From positions 10,478,001 to 10,542,000 of the forward strand of contig JAYWIR010000001.1 of NCBI GenBank assembly GCA_036172245.1: a DNA stretch of 64,000 nt. Reading direction: 5' to 3'. This stretch comes from Raillietiella orientalis. Its lineage: Eukaryota. This document shows, piece by piece, positions 62,971-64,000 of the stretch. Made by a program: the position numbers and the translations under genes. Each line of letters opens with the position of its first letter. The first letter of the stretch is position 1. The notes beneath the pieces were generated by a model. The model made no database searches. It was not told the DNA's origin and was given only the letters and a program-made list of their open reading frames with translations.

Positions 62971-63164
62971 ATGGGAGCGCTCCTACCCCTCCCTCGTGAT
63001 TGATAATGTGGTTTCCTTTGCCCAGTATCCTCTTTCCAGCTAACTCTCTGTCCAGGTCCAAAACGTTCCAGCTCTTTCGAGCAGAATCAGGAAAATAAGG
63101 GATGCTGGTTGTACCTAATGCTTCCCGCTGTCTGACTGCTCCGGATAGCTCTGGGTAGTTCGCT

Positions 63165-63708
63165 TCTTTTTTTCATTTTTGGTTCCCCATGTGCTCAAGA
63201 TCTGTTCGCCTAGAGGCTCATGAAGTTCTTTGATGCTGAGCACGACGCCCAAGGATGCATGTAGCTCCTCAGTTTAGGTGGTTACCCGGGAGGGGATCGT
63301 CCTATGAAACCAGGCAGATTCCGGAAAAAGGAGACCGTTCCTCTCATTCCTGGGAGAAAACCTCGAAGGGAACCTCTTCATCATTTGCTCCCTAGAGGTG
63401 GTCACTCCATTATTTCTTCTCCTGAGGGAACCCGCAAAAGAGTCTCTCCTGGTTTCCTCCTCTGAAGAGAACTCCGAAGGGACGCTTGCCAATTTTCACT
63501 GAAACGCACTTCTTGGAGAGGTATGAATCCATCAGCTCCATGGTACGAAATGGAGGGGGTCTCCCCCGAGAGGAGGGAAGGCTCCATCTTCCCCATCGCA
63601 GGGGAACCCCGTAGACTCCTTTGTTCCTGAAAGGACCCCGGGGGGTTAACTTTCATCCCGGCCAGTCAACGGGGGCATCCGGTTTCCGTCTTCCACCAGT
63701 ATCACGCC
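63165..63708 (-). mobile_element. SINE-like copy 10 (tail and body), interrupted by a LINE
   Basis: Body motifs present. Breaks at the same SINE position as copy 3. Confidence 0.8.
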
Positions 63709-64000
63709 CTTCTTGTCTGCACTTGCACGTGTTCTCGTCCTCCTAAAGAGTGCGTGGGCAAGCAGAACTGGGAGAGTGCGGAGACAAGGGACTTGTCTCC
63801 GCACTCTCCCCCTTGAGAGAACATATGGGCAGCAGCCTTGCGGCTACATGGGAGGTTACTGTGGAAATCTCCGGAAGGATCAAAGGACTGTGTGAGTGGA
63901 CGACGGGCCAGCTCACCGATCCTGTGACCCCGAGTGTTCGACCTCGTGGACTCTTGCTGGGTATTCCTGAGGAAGATCTGCAGTGACTTCAAGTTCTTCT
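63709..64000 (+). mobile_element. LINE (subfamily A) fragment running off the window, containing a 19 bp-arm palindrome at 63770-63810
   Basis: 63810-64000 closely matches 17680-17872. Palindrome GGGAGAGTGCGGAGACAAG-gga-CTTGTCTCCGCACTCTCCC. Confidence 0.85.

Noticed and set aside
1..64000. CRISPR array, prokaryotic operon or intact viral genes
   Set aside because: No regularly spaced repeat-spacer array, no long intact ORFs and no gene-dense organisation. The content is eukaryotic TE debris.

Overview
Eukaryotic, probably arthropod, DNA (a degenerate CCTAA/TTAGG tract is the only taxonomic clue). The window is almost entirely a graveyard of decayed transposable elements. I found no intact protein-coding gene, RNA gene or CRISPR array, and the supplied ORFs are chance, antisense or broken TE frames. 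Contents: (1) about 28 fragments of L1/Tx1-like LINEs (ORF1 knuckle, AP endonuclease, RT, zf-RVT and 3' UTR remnants, several subfamilies, both strands); (2) about 10 copies of a ~0.7-0.8 kb tRNA-headed SINE-like element; (3) a rearranged mariner; (4) heavily decayed hAT, Mutator-like and BEL/Pao coding remnants, assigned by eye with low to moderate confidence. Best leads: a covarying multi-hairpin RNA element and a tail-less AATAAA+hairpin terminus at the LINE 3' ends; repeated SINE-LINE nesting and chimeras; a ~3.1 kb near-identical inverted duplication and a 625 bp direct duplication whose flanks are much more diverged (ectopic gene-conversion signature); and several long, near-perfect fold-back palindromes. 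All comparisons were made by eye. TE boundaries are approximate (about +/-20-50 nt) unless fixed by a target-site duplication (TSD).
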